A DNA stretch of 63,993 nt, the filler included, from Octopus bimaculoides (taxonomy: Eukaryota): the NCBI RefSeq assembly GCF_001194135.2. It is 6 parts of 6 records of this genome, joined end to end, with 100 filler letters (N's around TTAATTAATTAA, not from the genome) between each part and the next. Parts side by side here need not be neighbours in the genome. Positions count along the whole stretch, not along the records: positions 17,970 to 31,015 come from NC_068986.1; positions 31,116 to 52,271 come from NC_068984.1; 4 more parts are not named here. One strand, 5' to 3'. The notes beneath the pieces are model-generated. The model made no database searches. It was not told where the DNA came from and saw nothing but the letters and a program-made list of their open reading frames with translations. Made by a program: the position numbers and the translations under genes. Of the stretch, positions 23,844 through 35,668 are shown one piece after another. Position 1 is the first letter of the stretch. Every line of letters begins with the position of its first letter.

Positions 23844-24519
23844 AACGGCAATATCTGTAAATGCATTTATGTATGTGTGTTAGCGCATGCGCATGTGTAC
23901 TTAAGTGTGAGTGTGAATGTGTGAATGTATGTGTGAAGGGGGGTGCGTTTGTGCGTGTGTTTTATAAGTGTTTGCGGTGAGGATGATTGGGAAAACGGAA
24001 AGGAGTTGAGGCAACAGCGTCTGAGTACGGAGAATAAAAGAAGGGCGTTGATAAGTGCGTGGGTGTTTTGAAGGAAAAAGGGAAGTTATCTCAGTGTAAA
24101 TAATTAATTATTAGCCCAATTTTAGTGGTTTAGGTCGGATATTTTATCGGGTCAGTCTCTATGAACTTTCATTAATTAAAACAGTTGTAATTTAATTTTA
24201 AAAACCTTCTTCTAATTATCAAAAACGAGTTCTAGAGTTACTTTGAAGCGTATGACGTTACAAACACCGAGTCACATATTTCACTTCACTAACCCGACCA
24301 GTTCTTATTTCCTTGCTGAGGGTTTCGATCGTTTTATTTCTATCCTTGTCCCCGTTCGTTTTGTCTAATCCTGATATGGTTTTAAATATATTTAAACTCA
24401 AATAAAACGAACAGATTTAATTTAATCCCTTTTCTGATAAACAAAATACAAGAGATTTTCTGCATTAGCGAGCAAATAAATAGTATAGTGTAAAAGCTAT
24501 TCATCTAGTTTAGCTAACA

Positions 24520-25155
24520 CACAGATGCACGTAAGCACACAGACACAGACACACACACACACACACGTAAGCACACAGATGCACGTTTGCACACAAACAC
24601 ACACATACACGTTTGTACACAAACACACACAAACACACGCGTACACGTTTGCACATACACATATCCAAGTTTGCACATAAACACACACACGTAGGCGCAT
24701 AGACACACACATGCACGTTTGCACATAAACACACACATATACGTTTTCACATAAATACACACGTACACGTATGCACATAAACACACACGTACACGTTTGC
24801 ACATAAACACACATACACATTTGCACATAAACACACATGTACACGTATGCACATAAACACACAGATGCACGTTTGCACATAAACTCACACATACATGTTT
24901 GCACATAAACACACGCGTACACGCCTGCACATAAACACACACAAACATGTTTGCACATAAACACACACGTACACGCTTGCACATAAACACATACACGTTT
25001 GCACATAAACACACACATGCACGTTTGCACATAAACTCGCACATACATGTCTGCACACAAACACACATATATGTATGCACATAAATACACACATACATAC
25101 ATATATGTATGCACATAAATACACACATACATACATACGCATATACGCGCGCACG
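24520..25155. repeat. Minisatellite, about 24 bp unit (acacgtttgcacataaacacacac), about 25 copies
   Basis: The tttgcacataaacac core recurs every 22-26 bp. It explains the four V/C/Y/M-rich minus-strand ORFs. Confidence 0.9.
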
Positions 25156-25372
25156 CATGTATTACTTCTGTGTAATGTTAAACTTAAACCTCAACCATCT
25201 TGAAGGTGCTTAGTTGTCAAGATTTTTCATATTTTCTCACGAGATAAATTATTCCATACTTACCATGGAATTTCCCCTTGCAAAAGCAATTCCTTGTTAC
25301 TTTGTTTGTTTTGGTTTTCTTACAAATTTACTGAAACTAGATTTAACTCGCTTTCACCATCACAATAGTAGA

Positions 25373-25480
25373 GGCGCAATAGCCCAGTGGTTAGGACAGC
25401 AGACTCGCGGTCATAGGATCGCGGTTTCGATTCCCAGACCGGGCGTTGTGAGTGTTTATTGAGCGAAAACACCTAAAAAG
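25373..25480 (+). mobile_element. 3'-truncated family A SINE head
   Basis: Near-identical to 20961-21070 (ggcgcaatagcccagtggttaggacagcagactcgcggtc...gagcgaaaacacctaaa). Confidence 0.8.
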
Positions 25481-26608
25481 CTCCAGGAGGAGGAAACTAA
25501 CTGAAAATGAAGCGGAGGAAAAATAACATCTGAGCTAGGTATAAGAAGCACAATTTCAACGAGAGATGAATCGATTTCCTTGAAGTCAATGTTTGACTGA
25601 TTCTTATTTCACTGATCCCGGGAAAATGACCAGGCACTTTTGAAGATGCCGGATATGTAGGAACGGAATAGCACGGGGACAGTATTCTGTTACCTCCCTT
25701 TACCTCCTGAATGCTAATCCTACCAATGATGACGTCACTACTCTTCACACATGAACGTTGCATAGTAATAACTAGATACATCTATAAACTTGACTCAAAC
25801 AGATTCATGTATTGAACCTTAGGGAATCGGTGATTTTCATGCATTTCTCAAACAGCCATAAATAGCATAGCGTCGTACGTGGAATAAAATGGCTTTCACT
25901 ACAGTTCGAGAATGTTGATGCGCTAGGGTGAAAGCACCTTGGAAGTTATGTCCTCGTATTAAGACGGCGCTCGCAATAATCGGCACATTCTAACAAAAGA
26001 GTATTTACGCGATCACTCGACACGGCAGAAATAGCAGCCTAATAACCTTGCAATCATTCCTGACAACATCTTAAAGGGAACACTCGAATAATGTGGAGCA
26101 GATAACGGATGTCTGGAAAAAAATAACGGAGTGAATATGTTTAGAATGTCTTTGACCACAGAGAGACTTTTCTCAGACCGAAATTACCTGGGGCTAAACA
26201 ACAAAAGTAGCCATAACTACAACTACATCACTATGTCTACTAAACTATCTTAGTGAAATAATTGGTTAATATCGCGAGAAAAACTCATTTACGATCCTAT
26301 AGAATATCTTCACGGTTCATTTCGATGCTGTTATGCATTTCACCACATCTTCAGGCACAAGGTGAGAGGAATTGTATGACGAAATACGCTGTGTGCTTGT
26401 CTCTTCTTGTTTCTTATCTTTATCGTGCTCCTCCACTCTGTCTAACTTCCTCCCTATATCTCTCCTTCTCTTTCTCTCTCTATCTCTCTCTCTCTTTCTC
26501 TTTCTCTTACACAACATTATATATGTATGAATGTAAGACTATGTGTGTGTGTGTGTGATTACGTGAATATATAATGAGACACACATGTACATATTCATGT
26601 ATATATAC

Positions 26609-26659
<51 letters not shown>

Positions 26660-27881
26660 NNNNNNNNNNNNNNNNNNNNNNNNNNNNNNNNNNNNNNNNN
26701 NNNNNNNNNNNNNNNNNNNNNNNNNNNNNNNNNNNNNNNNNNNNNNNNNNNNNNNNNNNNNNNNNNNNNNNNNNNNNNNNNNNNNNNNNNNNNNNNNNNN
26801 NNNNNNNNNNNNNNNNNNNNNNNNNNNNNNNNNNNNNNNNNNNNNNNNNNNNNNNNNNNNNNNNNNNNNNNNNNNNNNNNNNNNNNNNNNNNNNNNNNNN
26901 NNNNNNNNNNNNNNNNNNNNNNNNNNNNNNNNNNNNNNNNNNNNNNNNNNNNNNNNNNNNNNNNNNNNNNNNNNNNNNNNNNNNNNNNNNNNNNNNNNNN
27001 NNNNNNNNNNNNNNNNNNNNNNNNNNNNNNNNNNNNNNNNNNNNNNNNNNNNNNNNNNNNNNNNNNNNNNNNNNNNNNNNNNNNNNNNNNNNNNNNNNNN
27101 NNNNNNNNNNNNNNNNNNNNNNNNNNNNNNNNNNNNNNNNNNNNNNNNNNNNNNNNNNNNNNNNNNNNNNNNNNNNNNNNNNNNNNNNNNNNNNNNNNNN
27201 NNNNNNNNNNNNNNNNNNNNNNNNTATATATATATATATTTGTTTGTGTCTATATAAATATATGCTTATTCTTGTACGACATAAGGTAAATATATTTACA
27301 CGACCGGATTTTAGATTTCATCCAGTTGTGTATATGTTGGGATTGTAATCAGCAGGAAATTCAGAAACGTCACACACGCACACACACACACACACGCGCG
27401 CATACACACACACATACACACAGATGTGTATGACTATATCTATATAGAAATGGGTCCCTTCAAATGACAAATACATTCTACATATATACTTAGTTTTTAC
27501 GATGCGTATCTATTATCTTCTTATCTTTTACTGGTTTAACGCGTTCTTGTTTGTTTCCTGTCCTAGCTTGATTTACGCGTTCGCCACCACAGCCTCGTTT
27601 AGGCTTAGCAGCCCTTCCTGTTTGTTTTCACTGTCCTGTTTGTGTTACCAATTTTGTCCCACCGCAAAATCCCAAATTATATTTAATCTGCTTTGCGGGA
27701 GCTACTGTTTTATCGAAAGCGTGTATTGTTGTTAAATGCTCGAAATACGAGAGTAGAAAATAAGCCAACAACTGGTGAAGGGAAGTTCTTTATGTTGTTT
27801 GCTTTGTTTTCCATTTGTGTCTTTCGTCTTTCGAAAGAATAGTTCATGTTCCATATATATATTGGTGCTTCGTACTTTTTT

Positions 27882-27914
27882 GTTGTACACGTTTCGTGAC
27901 GTCCGTGCCCACAT
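27882..27914 (-). ncRNA. 3' half of a probable hammerhead motif, cut by an assembly gap
   Basis: Minus strand: [gap]A-U-GUG-GGCACGGACGU-CAC-GAAAC-GU-GUA-CAAC. Stem II GUG/CAC, GAAA and a GUA cleavage triplet are visible; the CUGANG core would lie in the Ns. Confidence 0.4.
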
Positions 27915-28976
27915 NNNNNNNNNNNNNNNNNNNNNNNNNNNNNNNNNNNNNNNNNNNNNNNNNNNNNNNNNNNNNNNNNNNNNNNNNNNNNNNNNNNNNN
28001 NNNNNNNNNNNNNNNNNNNNNNNNNNNNNNNNNNNNNNNNNNNNNNNNNNNNNNNNNNNNNNNNNNNNNNNNNNNNNNNNNNNNNNNNNNNNNNNNNNNN
28101 NNNNNNNNNNNNNNNNNNNNNNNNNNNNNNNNNNNNNNNNNNNNNNNNNNNNNNNNNNNNNNNNNNNNNNNNNNNNNNNNNNNNNNNNNNNNNNNNNNNN
28201 NNNNNNNNNNNNNNNNTATATATATATATATATACGTATAGATGTAACTGTGTACATATACGTGTATATATATATATATATAGGCGAGAAGAAAATGGAG
28301 GAAAAAAAACAAACAGAAGTGTGTCTTTTGCTTTAGTAAGCCATTATTTAATTAGTGATAATTAATGATAAAGGTGAGAATGAGAGTGAAGTTGTTTACG
28401 ATCGTTTCTGTTTACCATGGTGAGGAAAATATATTTCATCGTCAGAACGAAGAAGTCAGAGGTAGAGAGAAGAGGAGTGAAAGATCAATGGTTACATCGG
28501 TAAAGAGAAGATCAAAGATTCGAGGGTCTTACATTATATTGAGGTTCAGAGTTCGTTTAGTCCGTTATGAGGTGGATGAAGAATATAAGTTTGTTGGACC
28601 TGTGGTCTCGTGTTTATTCAGTGGCATGTCTTGCACGTGCCTGTGACGTCTGGGTGTTCACCGGCGGTGCAATAGAAGGGAGCTAACTTTAATTAGGGAA
28701 AACCGGTGCTATTATAATAACCTAGGTGAAATAAAGGTTGTAAGTGGTTCGTATTATTACAGGAAGCCATGAAGGGTGGCAGGAAATTGAGCCAACCATT
28801 AGTCTCAAGCATGCAAAAACGCATAAAAGCGGTTATAAAAGCAAAAGGACACATCAATTATTAATTATTGAAAGAATATACTCAAAAATGCTTATTATTA
28901 TTATTTCAATTATGATACGAGTTTCAATCATATTCTCTATTTTTTCATACCTGTCCCATAATTTTGGCCAGAGCTG

Positions 28977-29012
<36 letters not shown>

Positions 29013-29058
29013 TGTATGTATGTATGTATGTATGCATGTATGTATGTATGTATGTGCG

Positions 29059-29092
<34 letters not shown>

Positions 29093-29282
29093 TGTATGTA
29101 TGTATGTGCGTATATATGTATGTATATATGTATGTATGTATGTATATTTTTCAATGTGTACGAATAACAAGGAAAAAACATATAAATAGTTACTAGAGAA
29201 ACAAAGATTTACATAAGCGCCAAAGATGTAACATTCTACCTATAAAGGTGGAAATTTCAGTGTTAAATGAAATTTTTTTGTA

Positions 29283-29464
29283 TAACATGGATAAATTTTT
29301 AAGAAATTGAGTCAAATGCAGGTGTTATTTAAATAATTTATACTCCCAACATATGTTTCCAAAGAAGCATTGAAATTATACCGGGGGGGAATAAAAGATA
29401 TTGGAAGTGTAAATGGTTTGAATAACACCTGCGTTTGACTCCATTTTTTAATCTATCCATGTTA
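29283..29464. mobile_element. MITE-like foldback
   Basis: The left arm taacatggata...gagtcaaatgcaggtgttatttaaa (29283-29333) pairs with tttgaataacacctgcgtttgactcc...tatccatgtta (29417-29464). Weaker pairing extends inward. Confidence 0.7.
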
Positions 29465-29937
29465 GATATATATATNNNNNNNNNNNNNNNNNNNNNNNNN
29501 NNNNNNNNNNNNNNNNNNNNNNNNNNNNNNNNNNNNNNNNNNNNNNNNNNNNNNNNNNNNNNNNNNNNNNNNNNNNNNNNNNNNNNNNNNNNNNNNNNNN
29601 NNNNNNNNNNNNNNNNNNNNNNNNNNNNNNNNNNNNNNNNNNNNNNNNNNNNNNNNNNNNNNNNNNNNNNNNNNGCCACATTTGTAATATGTCTTTTTTT
29701 CTAGATTTTTTCGTGCAGCTGAAGATTGCTCTTCATATTGCATTTAAGGTAATGCTCACATTACTTAAATAAATTGAAGTAGCATGAAACGTGCGTACTG
29801 GAATCACTTTTGAAATCCGTGTTGCTTATTATTTGATTTTAATCACCCATCCTTTTGGGATGTGAAATTCGGGTGCCTTCGCATAAGTACCATATTCAAG
29901 CCTTGAATCTATATATATATATATGTATATATATATA

Positions 29938-30985
29938 CAGGGTGCGAGATATTTGAGGACATTTCGTTTTTAGTTCATTACACCTTCAAATTATTTAATG
30001 TTTCATTGTTTTTTCACGTAACCCTTTCAAGATACCATGCTAAGTCAAGAAATGAAAATATATGCAATCATAGTCGTTATACATGCAAACTACAATGATT
30101 TAAAAATTAGCAACTTTCTAAATTTAGCAAGATCATTTGTACACAAATTTCGGCTGGAATTTGAGACATGTGATGGTAATGTTTCACTTGTATCAGAGAG
30201 ACAAAAACATTCACAACGTTCAGACACTAAAAGGACACCGGAATTTATACAGCATGTTCAAAACATTATTGGTGAAAATCCCACAAGATCAATGAGATCC
30301 ATTGCTAAAGAACTTCGGGTGTCAGAGTAGACTATCAGAAATGTGACATTCGATACAAGTCCAATGTAAGGAGAAAAGGTCTATTCGTGTCTGCAAAGAC
30401 ACAGGAAAACCGACTCATCCATCCAAAATGGATACTTAACAAAGTGGAAAACCCCTCATGAACAAAGCATGCGTTGTTTTTTCTCTAACGAAAAAACTGA
30501 CCAGGATCAAAAGTCTAACAGAGAAGAAATGACAGGTGGTTACGTGCAGATTCTTCTGAAATACCCAGAGTGTCTTAGAATTAATGCTGCTGGATACATT
30601 GAGGTACTGGAAACTGTTATCAAGCCCTGGATTGATGAAGTAAGCAATGGAAGGCCATACGTGTTTCAACAAAACTCAGCACCTTCTCACAAAGCCATAG
30701 TCACCCAAGAATGGTTGTCAGACAACCTTCACAATTATGTAACACCCAATATGTGGCCTCCAAACTCGCCAGATTTGAACCCCATAGACTACTACGTGTG
30801 GAGCGATGTTGAAAGGGAGAGTAATCGTCATCCGCATAATACCATAGCTTAACTGAAGGCTGCCATTGTCCAGGTGATGTCCGAAATGAATAAGGACCAT
30901 ACAATGTCAGCATGCCAGCGGTTTCGATACCGCACTGAAGCAGTCATCGAAACCAAAGGCGGTTTCATAGAATAATCTGTTTAAA
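29938..30985 (+). mobile_element. Inactive Tc1/mariner DD37D (maT-type) transposon
   Basis: Starts TA|CAGGGTG. Transposase pieces: 30037-30330 (HTH region NPTRSMRSIAKEL), a frameshifted linker DIRYKS...KTQENRL, 30469-30852 (FFSNEK; QQNSAPSH-37 aa-WPPNSPDLNPIDYYVW) and a tail ending ...AVIETKGGFIE* at 30975. Stops and frameshifts are present; the right TIR is not seen before the gap. Confidence 0.9.
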
Positions 30986-31946
30986 AAATCATTATCAAGA
31001 CATATATATGTATATNNNNNNNNNNNNNNNNNNNNNNNNNNNNNNNNNNNNNNNNNNNNTTAATTAATTAANNNNNNNNNNNNNNNNNNNNNNNNNNNNN
31101 NNNNNNNNNNNNNNNTATACACATATATATATATATACATATACACATACATACATGTATAGATAAATGTATACAATGTCTTTGATCACAATCTGTACAC
31201 TTAGTGCTTTCCTGGGAGTCAGCAACATTAAAAGCGATCACATTAAAACCTTGTTCTGAAAATAATAGAAGCATAATAGGAAATTAGATTACAGCGTATT
31301 AGAAACTGCATTTGCATTTCACAGCATTTGTGTACCGCCCTTTGTATTGTTTACTGAGCAGATTTACCATAAAATATGAAAGAATCAAGGGTTTAAGTCG
31401 AGTATACTTCATTTACAGAGAGAGACATTATATAAATTGTTATCACCTAGGTCGCAACATAAAGAACGAGAAATTTAATAAAGGAGTTAGATCAAGTGAG
31501 GTTGGAGAGTAGCGCGAATGCAGTCAAATGCAAGAGACGGAGAAAAGGACGCGCATGATAACACAGGCGCATATTCGAACAGGTTGGGAAACGATGACGC
31601 ATTTAAAGGGATGTTAGAGCGAGTTTACAGTGAAATGAGAAAATTAAGGACTGGTCAGGCTTATAAAGTGGTAAATGGCTTGTGGGCAGAGAACGGATAG
31701 GCGGAAATATATAGTTGTGGAATGCGACAAGAGATAAGGAATTAGTGCACGGCGATGTAGAATAGGAAAGAGGAACAACACACATACATACATACACACG
31801 AACACATACACACATGCACACACACACACACATATATGTGTACACAAATACTGCGTATACACGGCATATATGTAAAATTCCATGTACCAGATATTTTCAC
31901 AATTGCACAGATTATATACAACTCCACAAAGTATACCAAATATGTA

Positions 31947-32096
31947 GTGGCTGTGTGGTAAGTAGCTTGCCTACCAACCACATGGTTCCGGTTCAGTCCC
32001 ACTGCGTGGAGCCTAGGGAAACTGTCTTCTACTATAGCCTTGGGTCGACCAAAGACTTGTGAGTAGATTTGGTAGACGGTAACTGAAAGAAGGTAG

Positions 32097-32137
<41 letters not shown>

Positions 32138-32410
32138 NNNNNNNNNNNNNNNNNNNNNNNNNNNNNNNNNNNNNNNNNNNNNNNNNNNNNNNNNNNNNNN
32201 NNNNNNNNNNNNNNNNNNNNNNNNNNNNCATCGCTTGACAACCGATGCTGGTGTGTTTACGTCCCCGTAACTTAGCGGTTCGGCAAAAAGAGACCGATAG
32301 AATAAGTACTAGGCTTACAAAGAATAAGTCCCGAAGTCGATTTTCTCGACTAAAGTCGGTGCTCCAGCATGGCCGCAGTCAAATGACTGAAACAAGTAAG
32401 AGAGAAAAAG
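31947..32410 (+). mobile_element. Family C SINE spanning an N gap in its internal (TA)n
   Basis: Head gtggctgtgtggtaagtagcttgcc at 31947; the 3' half catcgcttgacaaccgatgctgg...tgactgaaacaagtaag resumes at 32229. Confidence 0.85.
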
Positions 32411-33679
32411 AATAAACGCATAGAGATACAACAGAAACGATAAAAATACACGTCGTCATAATATAACAGACATTATTTTCCATTGAGGACGAAATGATTT
32501 TAGAAGGCAGAATCAGAGGAAGACTTGAATTGTATATTAAAGCTTTAAGGCTTTGTTATATGAAATGAGCACTCAGCAAACCTGCAGTATTCAATTACTC
32601 TAGACACAGGAAAAGTACACACATAGGGTTATACAAGTGAGACCTACATGCCTAGAACTCCATATTCTAAACACGCCTGGTCTTTGAATTTGTATCGACA
32701 TCATCAACAGTAACACTTGAGAAACAGACGATAAATCTGGTAAATAATCACAAATCACTCCCTGGCGTTTGAAGAAAGAAAAGTACATTGAACAATTCAG
32801 TGCACAAAAAGATAGGAGGGTCATAGTTGAAATATTGATGATAGCTTTCCTTGATCAAGGCAGACTCGTGGCTAAACAGCATGAACAATTATAAAGATAT
32901 CACAACGCTCTGCGCTAAGGTTACGCTGTGGTCAGCTAAATGGAATTTTATACAAAACTCATTCAAATATCCAGATGATAGCGATATGTAAATATGAAAA
33001 ATGTTATGATTTTTTTCTGTATTCCAATACAGTATACTATCATCAGACGAGATATGATATGACGTTAGAGGTTAAATTATTTTGGCAGGAGACAAAGATA
33101 AATAACTTATGAAGATATTATACGAATTATTTACAAATTATATGCGAAAATAGCCGAACAATAAAAGAACAGAAAAGAATATAGATAAAAAATAACAATT
33201 ATATTGATATCTTCTAGAAAGATATCTTACTAGATCTCCATTGATATTTGTATTGTGTCCTTTTGTTTGACCTTTGATATCATTTTTCCTTTCTCGTATG
33301 AACAATGAACAATGAATTAGAGAAAAATTTATCATTGTACATTTGCATGTATTCCGTACTGTGCGCACGCATGTATGTATGTGTATATACATGGAAATAC
33401 ATACATACGTACATACACACACATACATACATACATACATTGGCATGCATACAAGAATTTACGTTTATATATAAATATATATACGTACACACACACATAT
33501 ATATGCATATATATATGATATATATATATGTATAATATATATGTGTATATGTGTGTGTGCACGGGTATATATGCATGTATATATACACACATGTATATAT
33601 ATGTATCTATCTATCTATCTATTTATCTATCCATTTATCTATCTATCTATCTATATATATATGTATGTATGTATATATG

Positions 33680-33740
<61 letters not shown>

Positions 33741-33741
<1 letters not shown>

Positions 33742-34130
33742 GGATAACTTAGGCCATGCCTAACTCAATAGTACCACCTAGAAAAGTCTTTTAGTTAATT
33801 ATTTCAAGACTCCATGGACCACTCAAGCAGAAAGTTGTTGTTGGTTCAGACGTATCCAGGTGTAGGTGGTTCATCCGGTATTTCCTGGGGGATTTTGTCC
33901 AGTTTCCGTTTGAATGTTGTGGGGTCTTTTTCTACTTTAATTTCTGTCGGGATAAAATTAAAACGTGCACGACCATTTGCAGTGAAGAAATTGTGTCGCA
34001 ATGTTCTTATGTAATGTGATCTCGACTTTGTGGGGGACGCATAGCACAGGGGCTTGGGTGAATTGTAAAGATAATACCGAAATCATTTGGACAATATTGG
34101 TGGAATATTTTCCACAAGGTTCAAATAATG
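33741..34130 (-). mobile_element. CR1-like LINE 3' end with (TA)/(TAGA)n tail
   Basis: Minus strand TLRHNFFTANGRARFNFIPTEIKVEKDPTTFKRKLDKIPQEIPDEPPTPGYV fits the FN.LP......FK..LD.....PDEP terminus and is followed by a short UTR and a microsatellite. Confidence 0.75.
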
Positions 34131-35594
34131 TATCACCTGTTTAAATCGAGACCAATAATCAAGTCCCGTGATGACATTTATTTTTGGGGTGTTTGATATT
34201 TGTGGTGCTTCGATTCCCTTTTTTTTGTCTTGTTTTTTGTAGGAGGACCACAATGAGCAGCATTATTCGATGTGAGTGCCTAGCAAATAGATTAGTGTAA
34301 GACATTGCCAGATATGGATTTGGAAAGTGTTTTGACGTTATTGGAATTTTGACAGACGTTAGTTCAGATACAAAGCTCTAATGTAATAAATATATTTTTA
34401 AATAAATTAATACACCCAGTCTATTTATTTGTTGAGCAGTAATAACAATTTAACCCACCAAATGAATTGTTTCATATGTTTAGAACGAATACAGCTGATA
34501 CGGATGTTAAATTTTGGCTAGGCGTTCACTTTTGGCAGACCTTATTAGGAAATTGAAGATTGTTGCTTGGCAAAGAAAACTTAAATCCCATTAATACAGC
34601 GGTTATTTAAATCAACTCTTTAAAATATAATTAAATGGTATCCAAGAAGCAAATAGAATTTTAAAAAAACTGGTAATGAAGCATATAAATGGTCTTAAAA
34701 TATTTAAGGAATACTAAAAAATAATGGTTGTTAGTTACCTGTTTCATATGCATATTATTTAATGACTGCAGAGGCTCCTTTACGGACTTCCGACAATTAA
34801 GTGAACTGAAGAGGGACACATTATGCCTCACGCCCGGAATTGTTGCAAAATGCAATAGTATTAACATCCGGACATATCGGTTGTTCGACAAATGTATTAT
34901 CTGAATAGCCATTGTTACAATGTATCCTATAGTATTACTTGATTTTTTCCGTTTTACAAACAGCTTCTTCCTGTATTTGAGGGCTGGGGATATGCAAATA
35001 AGTGTCATGTTTCTCTCAACTAACACAAGCAACACTTTATGAAATGACACTATTTAACGTTCAGAAAAAAGTTTGTTGCTTTATGCAACGGAATCCCTAT
35101 GTATTTCAATCCTGCGAGAAATGAATGTCACAGGTGAATGTATTGAAACGGTTGTAAATGGGATATTTGGTATCCGAATTGGATTTACGTCTGTTTAATT
35201 AATGGTTAATTCAATGCACGTAAATATTCCTAATACTCGACTGAAGAAAATGGAATGTTCGCCAAGATATCATAGCTGTTTGTTTTACTTACATGTTTTT
35301 GGTGTTATCTGTAGATCTGAGCAATACAATTTTTTAATGTTGTATATTGATTGTCCGGTTAGAGTAAACGATGCGACTGTTACATACACATTACTAAAGT
35401 ATAGATTAAATGTATAAAATGTATTATCATTTAATAATCATATAGCCATTAACTAGACCAATAAGTACCACAATATCTATTTACTGAGAATGAAGTGCTA
35501 CTCTCACTTTAGACATCGTAAATATTCTCTCTATTTAATGACAATTTAAACAAAAGGCAACAAATCTTACAATGTAAAATTTTCATTATAAGAT

Positions 35595-35668
35595 GTTTTG
35601 AAGTGTACGTTTTGAAAATGTACCTTTTGAAAATGAACGTTTTGACAATGCACGTTTTGAAAATGTAT
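35595..35668. repeat. 15 bp tandem repeat x5 (gttttgaaaatgtac)
   Basis: Units start at 35595, 35609, 35624, 35639 and 35654. Confidence 0.85.

Noticed and set aside
23883-23892. GCGCATGCGC (NRF1-like site)
   Set aside because: Embedded in (TG)/(CA)-derived sequence where it arises easily; no other promoter evidence.
25500-26000. Coding-like composition (DSYFTDPGKM...CRICRNGIARG)
   Set aside because: Multiple stops in every frame and no family I can name; needs a tBLASTx search.
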